A stretch of DNA of 64,000 nucleotides from the human T2T-CHM13v2.0 reference genome, Homo sapiens: the NCBI RefSeq assembly GCF_009914755.1, contig NC_060928.1. One strand, given 5' to 3'. Under the pieces are notes generated by a model. It saw nothing but the letters and a program-made list of their open reading frames with translations, searched no databases and was not told the DNA's origin. A program made the translations under genes and the position numbers. This document shows, one piece after another, positions 13,470-26,813 of this stretch; positions within the stretch are counted from its first letter, which is position 1; each line of letters begins with the position of its first letter.

Positions 13470-13970
13470 GCTTTAATGAAACACACCTGCCTCCTGGGTT
13501 CTGGGCAGCTTAATCATTGCAGAGACCTGGTTGTTGCTCTTCTTGAATCATTTCCTCAGAACTAGACTTGACTGTAGACCTGAGCTCCTGTGGAGCACCT
13601 CTCCATGGGGCCTGGAGTCTGGAGTGTGGTTTTCCCCATATTTGTGGAAATGCTGGAAATGTTAATGATCCATGGAGTCACCTTTGATGGAAGGCAGAAA
13701 AACTCCTTTCACTCCCCTGAAAGACTGCTCTGAAGCACATAGGTTCTGTATTGTCTGTTCAGATATTCTTACATTTCTGAGAGTTCAGTTGTGCTTTCTT
13801 CGAATATGTAGCCCCTTACTGATGTACTGAATTGAATTTATTTCCCTTTCTTCTTTGCCTCAGTTTCTCTTTTTTTCTTCATTTGTGATCCTTGGGATTA
13901 TACCGCCAAATAAAGCATTAGTATGTAAGCTTTGGCTCAGGTTGTTTTTCCTAGGGGACGCAGGATAATT
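13470..13970 (+). mobile_element. Old ERVL-type LTR fragment
   Basis: LTR-like 3' end: ccaaataaagcattagtatgtaagctttggctcaggttgtttttcctaggggac. Family not resolved. Confidence 0.5.
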
Positions 13971-14067
13971 CACTACCTATTCAGCTTCTCATTATGTTTT
14001 ATAAATTTTTCTCTTTCCTTAACCTATTTTGAATTCAATCTGTTCATTAAGATTTTAATTCCATTGA

Positions 14068-14465
<398 letters not shown>

Positions 14466-14544
14466 GTATACTCTCTTTTAAGGCTGTAAAAGTTCATTCT
14501 GTTTTTCAAATTTTCTGGAGGTCAAAAAGTTAACCACCATTTTC

Positions 14545-14993
14545 CTTATAGGCCACCTGCTCTCTACCTCAGGAGATCGACCAGGGTAAATTGCACAAAA
14601 AGTTTCTCATTTTTATGGTTTCTGATTGGGTCTGACTAGTGGTTTGGACTAACTACAGGGAGGGAGAAAGAGGAATGAGGTCATGGTATTTATGTGTATG
14701 CTTTATATGCTTGCTATGTAAAAAATTGATTTAAACTTGCTGTATCCCTTTTAAAAAATGACTATCCCTCTCCAGAAAGTTTGCTGAAAATACTTCCTTC
14801 TACTTCGATTTCTGAAAATCTTCCCTCATCGGTCATTTCAGAACTCAGCTCCATTGCTATGGAAAAAATTACTACACTATTTCTTCTACACTCAGTTTAC
14901 TACTTTGTCATCTATCTTTTCTTAAATAATTTTCCTTGAATTATCCTAATTTGAGTATGCCACCTGATTTCTTATGGAACCCTGAATGATACA
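14545..14993 (+). mobile_element. Old ERVL LTR (LTR33/LTR41-like)
   Basis: 3' terminus aattatcctaatttgagtatgccacctgatttcttatggaaccctgaatgataca. Confidence 0.55.
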
Positions 14994-16794
14994 GGGTCTA
15001 ATACTTCTATGGTTGATTCTATTATCTCAGTCATGGAATGTAGTAACCTTTGCGTTTTAGACTTTTAAAAATTATTATAATTTTTATTTCTGCTTTAATT
15101 TTACTGTGGCACAATATGCTACTTGATTTGAGGGCATGATTGTCCAGAGTAGTTTCACAATTGCTTCCAACACACCAAACGCATTTTATTCCCTTCTTGA
15201 AGTATTTATAATATTAACATATTTTGTTTCATATTCCTGAAATATGCAAATAGTGTAAATTCAAACTTCAAATCCATAAGGGTACATAGCTGTAGATATA
15301 AACTCAGAATTCAATTTTTGTTCACTCAGAGATCACGCCAAAATAGATGTGCTCTGTCCTTAATCTTTATGGCACATGCCCTATTCCAAATTATTTATTA
15401 TCTCCCTGTGCCAGGGCTGGGTTTTTTCTGTATTCCTCTAATATTTTACAAAGGATGCAACCTTTCAAACCTGCCAGCTTCTTCATGTAGTTCTGGTCTA
15501 TCTCCCCATATCATACAGGCTAAATGCTCATTTTTCCATGTGAGCTTAGAAAATTTGGCTCTTAGATGACAAAACCAATACCTCTTCTCCTGTTCTACGA
15601 GGGCAGGGTAACTGTAGCATCAGCTAAAATCAAAATCAGTTTTAGTTTGCTTTTTGTTTCTGACCTCAGAAACTTTCTTTTTTTTCTGGTTAGCACTTAA
15701 AAAGATATTTGTTATATTTTATTGTACATTTTAATATGCTTGACCAGGAGGATTATCAGGTTATTTAATCTGTCATATTGATAGAACTCAATATTTCTTT
15801 ACTTTTCATCACTTCTGCTAATCTCATATTTAAGACATGATTTTCTCTATTGAAAAACAAGTCATTTACAATGTGTTCTATTTTGTGTCTCTTAAATATT
15901 TAACAGATATTAGGCATTTAACATTTATGTAAAATAATTGAAACAATCAGTGATACATAACTTTTTCCCTGGAACACAATTAGTTTTATAATAAAATGGA
16001 TTTAGTAACAAAAGCTTGCAGAATGAGAGCACACACAGTGCATTCACTGAATATTGTACAATTGACACAGTAGAATCTTCATTAATTGGCTCACCTGTAT
16101 ACCAACACAATCATATTTATGTCCAAGTACGTGAAATGGCAAAGTAATAATACCAGTAATTTCAAGCATATTTTCAGTGTCTTATTTCTACTAAATGAAT
16201 TTCTATTTACAAATTCAGTAAATAAGCATTTCACAGACACAAATAATAATTTTATACTTGATGTAGCATTTCTAGCATCTTATAAATAAATCTAGGTAAA
16301 TAAAAAACCAAGATCCATAAGAGCTATACTAAGAGTTCAGCAAAATCATTGGGCTTTTCAGGAAGGTTTTGTTTTGTTTTTTTGAGAAGTCAGTTATATA
16401 TGCACCAGAATGAAGCGTGCTTACCAAGTAGGAAAACTGTAGTTTAAGAAGTGAATTTGGAGCATTCTCTTTTAAGATATTCTTTAAATGTACCTTGAAA
16501 CATTATAAATTTAAAATAAGTCGTTACAACTTTTTAAAAATATTCAACCTTGGGAAAAAAATATAAATTCAAAAATATGTAACCAGTTCATGAAGACGTA
16601 TTATAGACTAACTCCCAGTAGCTGTCATGCAAGCTAGCTAGTAATTTTAAATAATGACATTTTATTTCCATACTATGAAATCTTTCTATCTTGAACATAA
16701 AACCTTGAAAAAGAATCTCTGCTGGCATAATTCTAAAAATCATTAAGCATGAATAAAACTATGAGAGAATAATTCAATAATGGATTTCACATCT

Positions 16795-16867
16795 TCAGTA
16801 TATCGACAGAGGGTGGTGTTCTTTCATAATAGGCAATTTACCTCCAATACATGAAGCAGAAAAGCGT
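16795..16867 (-). CDS. Candidate last coding exon of an unidentified gene: (x)RFSASCIGGKLPIMKEHHPLSIY*
   Basis: Strong acceptor ttttttcctctttctttactgtAG|ACGC at 16868/16867. One frame reads 23 codons to TGA (16797-16795). Followed by ~0.9 kb of repeat-free UTR-like sequence with AATAAA (16666-16661). Confidence 0.45.
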
Positions 16868-17063
16868 CTACAGTAAAGAAAGAGGAAAAAAACGCTGGTT
16901 TGTATTATTGACAAAGATAAGATTAAACCCAAGCAAGAGATAGTGGCAACATGGAGGCTTCAAAATTCTACAATTACAAGGGAAAAATAATGATGATATA
17001 ATAGAATTATGTTAATGTTTCACATACTCAAATAAAATAAAAATGGAGAAAAACAGGACATGA

Positions 17064-17371
17064 GACTGGGTGTGGTTGCTCATGCCTGTAATCCCAATGC
17101 TTGGAAGCTGAGGGAGGATGGATTGCTTGAAGCTAGGAGTTCGAGACCAACCTGGGAAACATAGGGAGATCCTGTCCCTACAAAAAATAATTTTTGAAAA
17201 AATTAGCTGAGTGTGGCTGTGTGTGCCTATAGCTGCAGTTACTAGGAAGGCTGAAACAAGAGGATTGCTTGAGCTAAGGAGGTTGAAACTTCAGTGAGCC
17301 ATGATTGCACCACTGCACTCCAGCCTGGGCAACAGAGCAAGACCCTGTCTCTAAAAAATAAATAAATAAAA
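17064..17371 (+). mobile_element. Alu (AluJ)
   Basis: Diverged sense dimer with AluJ features (ggattgcttgagc, gagccatgattgcaccactgcac, gcaagaccctgtctc) and a (TAAA)n tail. Confidence 0.93.
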
Positions 17372-17779
17372 GTAAGGATCATGATTTCAATTAACTTATA
17401 AAAGTTATTTTTACAATTTTAGATATAAACTGAGGCTCAAGCTTGGCCAAAGCAGAGGAACTCTATTGGGGAAAACAAAACCAGTACATTTTTTACATTT
17501 GTATGGGCTTGCTTTAAGAAGCCCTGTATACTTGAAATCTTTGATGAGCTCTGGTCTGGTGAAGCTTTTGTGAGGCTGGAGAGCTAAGAAGAAAGCTTCT
17601 TGAATATACTGTGGGAGGGAAACTGACTAAAGGTAATGAGTCTCTGAAGACATTTGGCAGAATTTAGAGCTTCAGGGTATTGACACTGAAAGGTAAACTC
17701 AAAATCCCCACAAAAGCAGAACTGAATCTCTTTTCACTAGTGAAAACATCAGTATTTAAAAATAACTCTGAATAAAGTT

Positions 17780-20700
17780 TTAAAGAAAGGAAATATGCAT
17801 CAAATGGAGATGCTAGAATAAAGAATGAGTGAACCCAAATTACACAAAATGGAAATTATCTTGTTTTTGAGACCAAAATATGATTTGAAAAAAGACAAAA
17901 TCTTGGGGACCTATTTGATAACATTGAAAAGTCTAAGATACATGACGTTGAAGTCCCGGAAGATTAGGAAAATAAAGACAAAATAATTATGTAAAAAAAT
18001 GACGGGAAACTTCTAAAATTTGGTGAAAGATACAAATTTACAAATTCAGAAAACTCAGCCACATGCAGGAAAATTTAAAGAAAACCATTCATAGTTATCT
18101 TACACTCATATTGATGAAAATCAAAGATAAGAAAAATTCTTGAAAATCACTAGGGGAAAATCACACATCACCTGCAGGGAAGCAATATTTTGAATGTTCA
18201 CGGAATCCTCATTAGAAACAAATGATGTCAAAAAGAATGGAACATCTTTAATTTCTAAAACTGAGGAACTGCCAAAACAGAATTTTACATCAGGAAAATC
18301 TCCTCTAGAAACAAACTTAAAATCTTAAAAGAGAGTGCTCCAAATTTACTTCTTAAACTAAAGTTTTTCTACTTAAGATAAGCATGTAATACAAAAAATT
18401 AACTGAAGATGGATTAAAGACCTAAATGTTGAACCCAAAACTGTAAAAGCCCTAGAAGAAAACCTGGGCAATACCATTCAGGACATAGGCATGGGCAAAG
18501 ACTTCATGACTAAAACACCGAAAGCAATGGCAAAAAGCCAAAATTGACAACTGTGATCTAATTAAACTAAAGAGCTTCTGCACAGCAAAAGAAACTATCA
18601 TCAGAGTGAACAGGCAACCTACAGAATAGAAGAAAATTGGTTGTCCATCAGTGCCCATCAATGATAGACTGGATAAGGAAAATCTGGCACATATACACCA
18701 TGGAATACGCAACCATAAAAAAGAATGATTTCATGTCCTTTGCAGGGACATGGATGAAGCTGGAAACCATCATTCTCAGCAAACTAACACAAGAACAGAA
18801 AACCAAACACCGCATGTTCTCACTCATAAGTGGGAGTCGAACAATGAGAACACATGGACACAGGGAGGGGAACATCACACAACGGGGCCTGTCAGGGGTG
18901 GGTGGGGGCAAGTGGAGAAAGAGAAGTAGGACAAATACCTAATGCATGCGGGGCTTAAAACCTAGATGACGGGTTGATAGGTGCAGCAAACCACCATGGC
19001 ACATGTATACCTGTGTAACAAACCTGCACATTCCGCACATGTATCCCAGAACTTAAAGTAAAATAAAAAAAAGTCAAAAAGAAGACATTTTTAGATAAGG
19101 AAAAACTAAGAAAATTTGTCACCAATGGACTTGTGCTACAAGAAATGCTAAATGCTGAAGAGAAATGATACAAGTTGCATACTTGGATCTTTGAAAATAA
19201 AGAGCAACAGAAATGGTAATACCTGGGTACATGTAAATGATAATTTTACTCTTAATTCATTCTAGTGTGCATGACTGTTTAAAGAAAAAACGTTGTCTTC
19301 TAGAGTTTAAATAAGAAATATAAAAACTATAGCATAATTAGAGAATGTAAGCTTTTTATTTTTTACGTGAGGTGGTATAATATTAAGTGTAACTGTGCAT
19401 GTACAAGTTAGGTTTTTGCATTGTAATTCCTGGAACAGCAAGTTTAAAAAGGTATCCTTTTAAAAGATCTCCTTTCCCCCATCATGTTTTGTAAATACAA
19501 CCAAAACCAAGAAGCCAATAGATAAATTGAAACATCAAAACTGTGGGATGCAGCTAAAGCAGTTCTTAAAGGGAAACACGTATCTTTAAAATTGTTATTT
19601 TATAAGAATGTTCTACAATTGTTGACCTAATATTATGCTATTAGAAGTTAGAAAAGAAGAGGAAGTAAACTTAACATAAGTAGAATAATTTAAATAATAA
19701 ATAAGAATTAAATACATCTTAAAATTAGAAAAAGTAAATCAAAATCGTGTTGTATATAAATATTAACCAAATTACCAAACCTTTCCCAAGACTAATGAAG
19801 AAAATAAAAAATACATTTATCAATATTAAGCATGCATGAATGGCTATTATTACAGATTCTACAAACATTAAAGGGATAAAGAGAATATTATGAACAATTT
19901 GATACAATCAACTGTGAACCTTAGACAAAGTGGCAAAATTTCATGTTAAATACAACTTACCAAAATTGACAAAAGTAGAAATAGAAAATTGAACATAGCC
20001 CTATACCTATTAAATAAAATCTGCTTGTTATAAATAAAAACAACTCTCCACAAATAAAAACTCTAAGGCAAGATGTTTTTACTCATGTGTTTACTCAAAT
20101 ATGAAGGAATTATTAATGCTAAACTAATACAAACTTTTATACAAAACAGGAGAATCTCTGCACAAGTCATTTCATACGATCAGCATATTCCTAATACTAA
20201 ATTTTGACAAAGAATTATAAAACTAGGAAACTATAAAACATTATCTCTCATTAATGTGGATTCAAATCCTTAACAAGATATTGCCAAATAAAATCTGACA
20301 ATATGTAGAAGGATAAACACCATGTTAAAGTAGGGATTGTCTTAGTAATACCAGGTTGAAAATCAGCCAGTGTGATTTATCATATTATGACCATAAAGAT
20401 ATAAGAGCTTATGATATTTAATACATGCAGAAAAGACTCCTGAAAAAATTCAACATCAATTATGACTAAAAAAATCTGAGCAAATCAGGAAAGTAGAAAA
20501 TCTCACTAATCAGATGATGAAGATCTTTGTAAAACCTAGAGAAAACTTTATATTTAATACTAAAAGACTTAAATTTCGCCCCTGACTGGAAACAAAGCAA
20601 GGATGCCTGCTATTATCATTTCCAATTAACATAGTACTGGATATTCTTAACACTACAATAGGACAAATAAATAAAATTCATAAAAATATTCAAGGAAGAA

Positions 20701-21080
20701 GTAAAAATTCTACCTATTGTCATATGATGTATTAGCTTACATCAAAAATAACAGTGAGTTTACTAATGGACTGTTAGAATTAAAAATTTGAAGTCACAAG
20801 GTATTTTTATATGCTAACAGAATACATTTAGGAAATAAAACTTTAAAAATCCCACTTCAAGTAATGCCAACAATTATAAAATATTTATAAATAAGTATAA
20901 TAAAATACATACAAATAAACTCCTGAAAAAATTCAACATCAATTATGTTGGAGTAAATTGCTGAATAATTAATAAAAACATTGCTGAAAATAAAAACATT
21001 GCTGGGAAAAATAAAGATTAAAAAATAGAAATTTACAAAAATTCTGAAGTAGACAAAAATAAATTTACTACATTTGTGGA
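17780..21080 (+). mobile_element. Old L1M ORF1/ORF2 remnant, interrupted by a younger L1PA
   Basis: ORF1-like (gaagtcccggaaga, tacaaatttacaaattcagaaaactcagc) and ORF2-like (ctgtgggatgcagctaaagcagttctta, tacagattctacaaacattaaaggga) motifs, heavily mutated. Confidence 0.8.
18387..19075 (+). mobile_element. L1PA7/8-like 3' fragment with an internal deletion
   Basis: ORF2 3' sequence (ccctagaagaaaacctgggcaataccattcaggacataggcatggg) joined at ~18638-18652 to the ORF2 end and 3'UTR, ending cccagaacttaaagtaaaataaaaaa. Confidence 0.92.
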
Positions 21081-21760
21081 TTGAAATAATAAAAGAAAAT
21101 CAACCTTTGCTATACTTTCAGACATAATGAGCATATTACTTTCAAAGGAAAACTCAAGGAGTCAACTTCTCAGATGCCATATGACTAGGTGTGAAACAAT
21201 AACACAATACCTACAAAACTAGTTATACAAAAAGAACGCAATCCTAAATTTTATAGACAGCCGTATTATCTGTCATTTGTTATGAAGGAAAAAAAGTATG
21301 ACTTGGTAAGAGTTCAGTTAATAGGTTACCCAAATATCTAATCCAAAGACATTACTAAAGATGGAATACTAACTATAGCAAACTAAAATAGAGACTTCGA
21401 GACAAAGAAGTTCAAAGCGTAGGAATAGGAATTATGAGAAATGAGCCTTGACGTATATGAATTTAATGGTAACCCACTGTGAGAATCTATCTCCTTGAAA
21501 TAAATGTACCAGTAAATAAGGACAAATAAACAGGAATATCCATAGCAGCACTACTTATAATAGCAAAAACTAACAACAGTGAATTTCCCTCAGTAAGAGA
21601 AGGGTTGTGAAGATTGTGGCATATGCATACCATAAAATTGTGTAAAACTGTTACTGAAAGAGATAATTAGATCTCTAAGACACAGTTGGGAAGGTTATCT
21701 ACAATCTACACTTAAATGGGAACATCAAAAGCAAGATGTAGTTAAAGGTGCATAGCATAG

Positions 21761-22156
21761 TGTTAAAGTAAGTTTTGCCTAGAGCTGCCTTCTTGCATAT
21801 TTTAAGTTTAGCCTAAGGGTTTCTCTGTACCTAGTAAATTGAAGCCTACCTGGATGTGTAAGCAGACTGTAACATACTCTTGTGGCAATCACCAAGTTTT
21901 GGCCAACTAAATGTGGCCAACGGTTCAAACTGTGTTCAAACAAGGCAAACATCAAGTCAAGCTGTAAATAGTCTGGCTATTTCTGTACTTCACCTTTGTT
22001 TTCTGTAAGTTACTTTCCTTTTTCTGTCCATAGATCTTCATGGCTGAGCTGGAGTCCCTCTGCGCCTACTTGGGTTTGGGAGTCTGCCCAATTTGTGAAT
22101 CATTCTTTGCTTAATTAAACTCTGTTAAAATTAATTTTTCTAAGGTTTTTTTAACA
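21761..22156 (+). mobile_element. MER57-type ERV1 solo LTR
   Basis: TG...CA termini (tgttaaa...tttaaca), ATTAAA signal, and 4-bp TSD atag at 21757-21760 and 22157-22160. Confidence 0.88.
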
Positions 22157-22602
22157 ATAGTGTTGAATTTTTGTAAAACACCACGAAAGTGAAGAACCCA
22201 ATGATTATATGAGCCTTCTAAAAACAGCATTTCTTGCAACAACTTCAATATTCAATTATTGGCCAAATGGATTATATATGTATAGATTCAATAGATTCCA
22301 AAGGATTCTAGGTCTTGAGTGATACTGTAAAATCACTCCCCTCTTCTTCCTTTGAGTTTGAAATCATTCAGAGAAAAAATTATGAGCCAATCATGTGAGA
22401 CTCAAAATATCAGCTTCATGACTTACGAGGATAAATTGGAGAAAAAAAATAAAACACAAACTTGAATTGAGACTCAGGCAAAGTTGGACATCACTGGGTC
22501 TTCCATAAAGGGAGAAGCCATTTTAGCCTGGCAGAGGGAAAAAAATCTATGCATGTCAAGGATAAACCACTACTGTGCAAGAAGGAACCAGGTGAGTCAC
22601 AA

Positions 22603-22710
22603 CTACTCCATCACGTCTTCCAACTTAGTCTTCCCATGGAAGTGAAGCAAGGTGCTAGAAAGTACTTCTTCCCTGTTTCTCTTCTTCTGAGAAGTGGATA
22701 TTCCTTTCGT
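22603..22710 (-). other. Candidate alternative terminal/cassette exon (unverified)
   Basis: Acceptor tttttattcagtccttttcccatAG|ACGA at 22711/22710. Purine-rich body. Frames give (x)RKEYPLLRRRETGKKYFLAPCFTSMGRLSWKT* or TKGISTSQKKRNREEVLSSTLLHFHGKTKLEDVME*. Confidence 0.3.
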
Positions 22711-24094
22711 CTATGGGAAAAGGACTGAATAAAAACATTTCTTACTAATGTGTTATCTTTTAATTTGAAAGGAATGTGAGCCTAAAAAGAGATTCTTCCC
22801 ATTCTCCCTCACCTACTCAAGGAACACAGCTTGGCGAAATATTTGAATTCATTGTCTTTCTTAGGCTTTGCTTTACTATCCAATGTCAGATAAATAAACA
22901 GAAGCAATCTTATAATAAAGCAAGTGTCAGTGAGTCCAAGTCATCCTTTGAAAAAAGTTGTGATTTATTGAATTACTTTGTGTATCACTTGGTGAGAAAG
23001 TATGTAGGTTTTATACTTTGCATTACGTTTTGTAAAAGTAGTTTTTTGACAATGAAGCTGTTAAGACTTTTTAATTAAAAACCTTAGAAAATGTTATTTG
23101 GTTAAGAAAAACTCAAATACTGAATAATTGTTTAAAAGATTTTGCAGTGCACCTGATGGTTGTCATCACAATTACTCTTGAAATTTGATATTTTTTCAGT
23201 AACTAACAATATTATATGACTTAGTGTTACACAATCTCTATTGCATTTTTCCAAAGAACACATCTAAAACAGGCTTAAGTTCTCTAAACCGTACAAAATA
23301 ACTAAAGTAATGTGAATTATAAAAAAGTTAAGTAGACTTTGGTAAAGAGATCCTGTTTGAGACCTATCCAAACCTACCTTATGATTGGTTCAATTGTGCC
23401 TGTGTGGAAGATCCAGGTAACTGGACCTTTTTATTCATTTTGGAAGTTAGAAGGCAGGTCAGGAATGGAGATGGGAACAGAAGGAGATAGACAGTGAGAT
23501 ATAACTACAATCTTTAGGAAAGTTTTCAGATCAAGTTAGAAAATCTCTGTTATGTTCTCCTCATTTGAACCTGCAAAACTTTCATCTCTTTCATCTCATT
23601 TAAAAGTATAATATCCTAATTTTCATAGTATTTCATTGTATTCTTTTTATAACCCAAATAGAACAAGTCATTTGAGTTCAGGAAATGTATCATACTCTCG
23701 CTGGTTTCCCCACCTACAACTAAGTAGAGAGCTTTTGTCTTGAAATGAGTTCAATAGACATTTGTTAAAATAAAGAAAATATCATCCTAACTAGGTTTCC
23801 TTAGCTAAGATAAATGTCAGCTCATCTTGACTAGATAATTTTTCTTCTATATGGAAGTCATAGATGACATACCCAAGCCTAAATAGGTTTATCATGAATA
23901 TCCATTATGGGTATCTAGATTTAAAGACAAGATTGATTATTACAAAATAGTAGTTCTCCCTACAATAGGAAGTTTATAAAAGCTATGATGATTTGGTATC
24001 TCCTAATTGTAAATATATCACATTATTGTTAAATTTGTAATGGAATCATTAAAAGGAGCCTTCTGGTGGAAACTGGCTTAGGGATCATAGACCA

Positions 24095-24296
24095 GCAGTG
24101 ACCTATTAGCATTTTCTGTAATAATGGAGAAGTCTTGTATCATCTCTGCTGTCCCATATGGTAGCCACTAGCCACGTGTGGTTAACACTTGACATGTGGC
24201 CCACGTGACACAGAAATTGAATTTTAATTTTTAAATTTTAATTAATTTAGATGTAAATAGCCATGTGTGACAGCAACTACACATTGGACAGTGCAG
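24095..24296. mobile_element. MER3-type hAT-Charlie DNA transposon relic
   Basis: gctgtcccatatggtagccactagccacgtgtgg...aaatagccatgtgtg...ttggacagtgcag. Confidence 0.8.
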
Positions 24297-24489
24297 TAGA
24301 ACTTTTTTGCAAATCAAACTCCAGGCCCTAAGTTTTCTTGCCTCTCTGAACTTGGGGGGACAAGCTGTGTGGCATTTATAACTGAAGGAAAAGCAATAGA
24401 AAGAAAATAGAAAGCAATATAAAGAAAATAATATTTAAGGGTTTGGCATTGAGAGTCTGCTGATCGTACGACAAATGGGACCTATAACA

Positions 24490-24740
24490 ATAGCTAACAT
24501 TAACTGAAGATGCTATCTATGTGCTAGCCATTAATTAAAGGATTTTGTAAGCACTAACATATATATATATATATCATAAAACCCTTGAAATTATTACTCT
24601 TATTATACCTATTTTGTTGATGAGGAAAATGAGACATAGAGAAGGTAAGTAACTTGCCCAGGGCCACCCAACTAGTAAATGTTGGAGTCTAGATACAAAC
24701 ATACAGTCTGGCTTCAGAATAGATCCTCCACGTATAGCTT
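24490..24740 (-). mobile_element. MIR
   Basis: Core attttgttgatgaggaaaatgagacatagagaaggtaagtaacttgcccagggccaccca. Confidence 0.8.
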
Positions 24741-25394
24741 TCATCCTTCCTGGGCTATATACTAGAACTTACCAAATCTAATATTGTTGGTTTAAAATTC
24801 TCCATCATTTTTTCTACCTATAAAGGAGAAAAAACCCAAAATATTGTCACTAACTGGAAGGTCATTAATTGTAAGATGTAATGAAAATATTATGATGTTA
24901 AAAAAGTATGGCTTAGGATAGATAACGTATTTTAGCATTGCTGAGAAGACAATGCTATTTCTAGTTAAAAGTCATACTCTACTCGTGAGTCAAATACACC
25001 AAGTTGGGCTTGTTATTTTAGCTCTTCACCAATCTATAACAAGAAAGGAAAACCGACATGGCCCAGAAATAAGAGACTAGAGCAAATACTTAGACTGGAT
25101 TTTAATAAAATCTTTCAGGATCTATCCCCTTTACACAGAATAAAAACAAGGGAAGATTTGTTGAAAGCTTAGATTTACCAATCCTGATTATTCACTGTTC
25201 AATATATCTAAACACCAAACTCCACATTCCTGGTAAAATACAGATGCATCAGCTCTGCAGGGACAAAGCAAGACTCCATTCTGTTTGATTTTGATAGGGC
25301 AGCATTGTAATCTACTTCTGCCTTATCCCAGACTTGCCACAAATAAGGAAAGAACCACTTCTGGGTGGCACTGGGAATTCAAAGTGGCTGCTAG

Positions 25395-25748
<354 letters not shown>

Positions 25749-26129
25749 ACAATGCCTTTTTATTAATACCTAGATACATAACCTGAAAAGCCTTCCTTTT
25801 CTCCCTAGACTGACGTGCGCATATCGCAAGCACCAGTTGGTCTTTGTAGCATCTGTACTACAACAGTGATGTCATGGCATTGTGATCAGGTATTTTCAAG
25901 CCTAATACGCTGTCCACATTAGTGGCTGTGTTTTTCCATCCTTAGTACCCAGAAAACTAGAACACATAGGAAAATCATTTTTTGAATTAAAAAAAGCTAT
26001 TCAACCATGGGCACTTAATGACTACCAGAAAAAGGGAGAAATGAAGTGCTCTTAGGTGCTTATGACACTTCCTAAATGTATTTAACACTCTAGAAACTCT
26101 CTAAATCTTGCCATGGTAGCTAAGTAGAT

Positions 26130-26455
26130 GTAGTGGATATGTGTCATTTGGTTTGTCTAGAATCTGTCCTCCCTTCTGGTTCTCTAGACTCTATTTCTGG
26201 TGGGGTTGCTGAATTGTTAGGATGTAGATCTAGAGCTGCTGGCAGCAGCTTTTGGCTCCCTTGTCGGAAGGTCTGCATGAGAATGAAATCATCACAAACA
26301 AAAGCACAATGGAGAAAAGTAGAAAAAGATCATTCTAATAGCTTCATTTGAGCACCTGCATTTAGCAGTAAGTAGAATTTTCAACTATTTAAACCAGTGA
26401 TTTCTCCCTTTTTCCAAGCTAAAATAAATACTTATGTGAATAGCTGTTAACTTGG
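26130..26455 (+). mobile_element. MLT1 (J/K-like) MaLR LTR relic
   Basis: agagctgctggcagc...gagaatgaa...catttgagcacctgcat motifs. Confidence 0.55.
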
Positions 26456-26595
26456 AATGTTGTCCTTTCAATTATGCAACACTGAAACAAAATACTTCAT
26501 GTGCCTTCTTACAAGTGCCACTGGGTGACGAGCATGTGACAAAACTTTTCTCACACAAAATATGGAAGATATAGGTATCAATATGGAAACGTTTT

Positions 26596-26813
26596 ACCTC
26601 TGTATCCCAGGTTCAAGTGATTCTCCTGCTTCAGCCTCTAGAGTAGCTGGGACTATAGGCATGTGCCACCATGTCTGGCTAATTTTTGTATTTTTAGTAG
26701 AGACGGGGTTTCACCATGTTGGCCAGGATGATCTTGATCTCTTGACCTCGTGATCCACCCACCTCGGCCTCCCAGAGTGCTGGGATTACAGGCGTGAGCC
26801 ACCGTGCCTGGCC
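26596..26813 (-). mobile_element. 3'-truncated Alu (AluSc-like)
   Basis: Antisense Alu with an intact 5' end (…gtgcctggcc) but lacking the last ~60-70 nt and the tail. Flanked by tcaatatgga…gtttta direct repeats. Confidence 0.93.
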
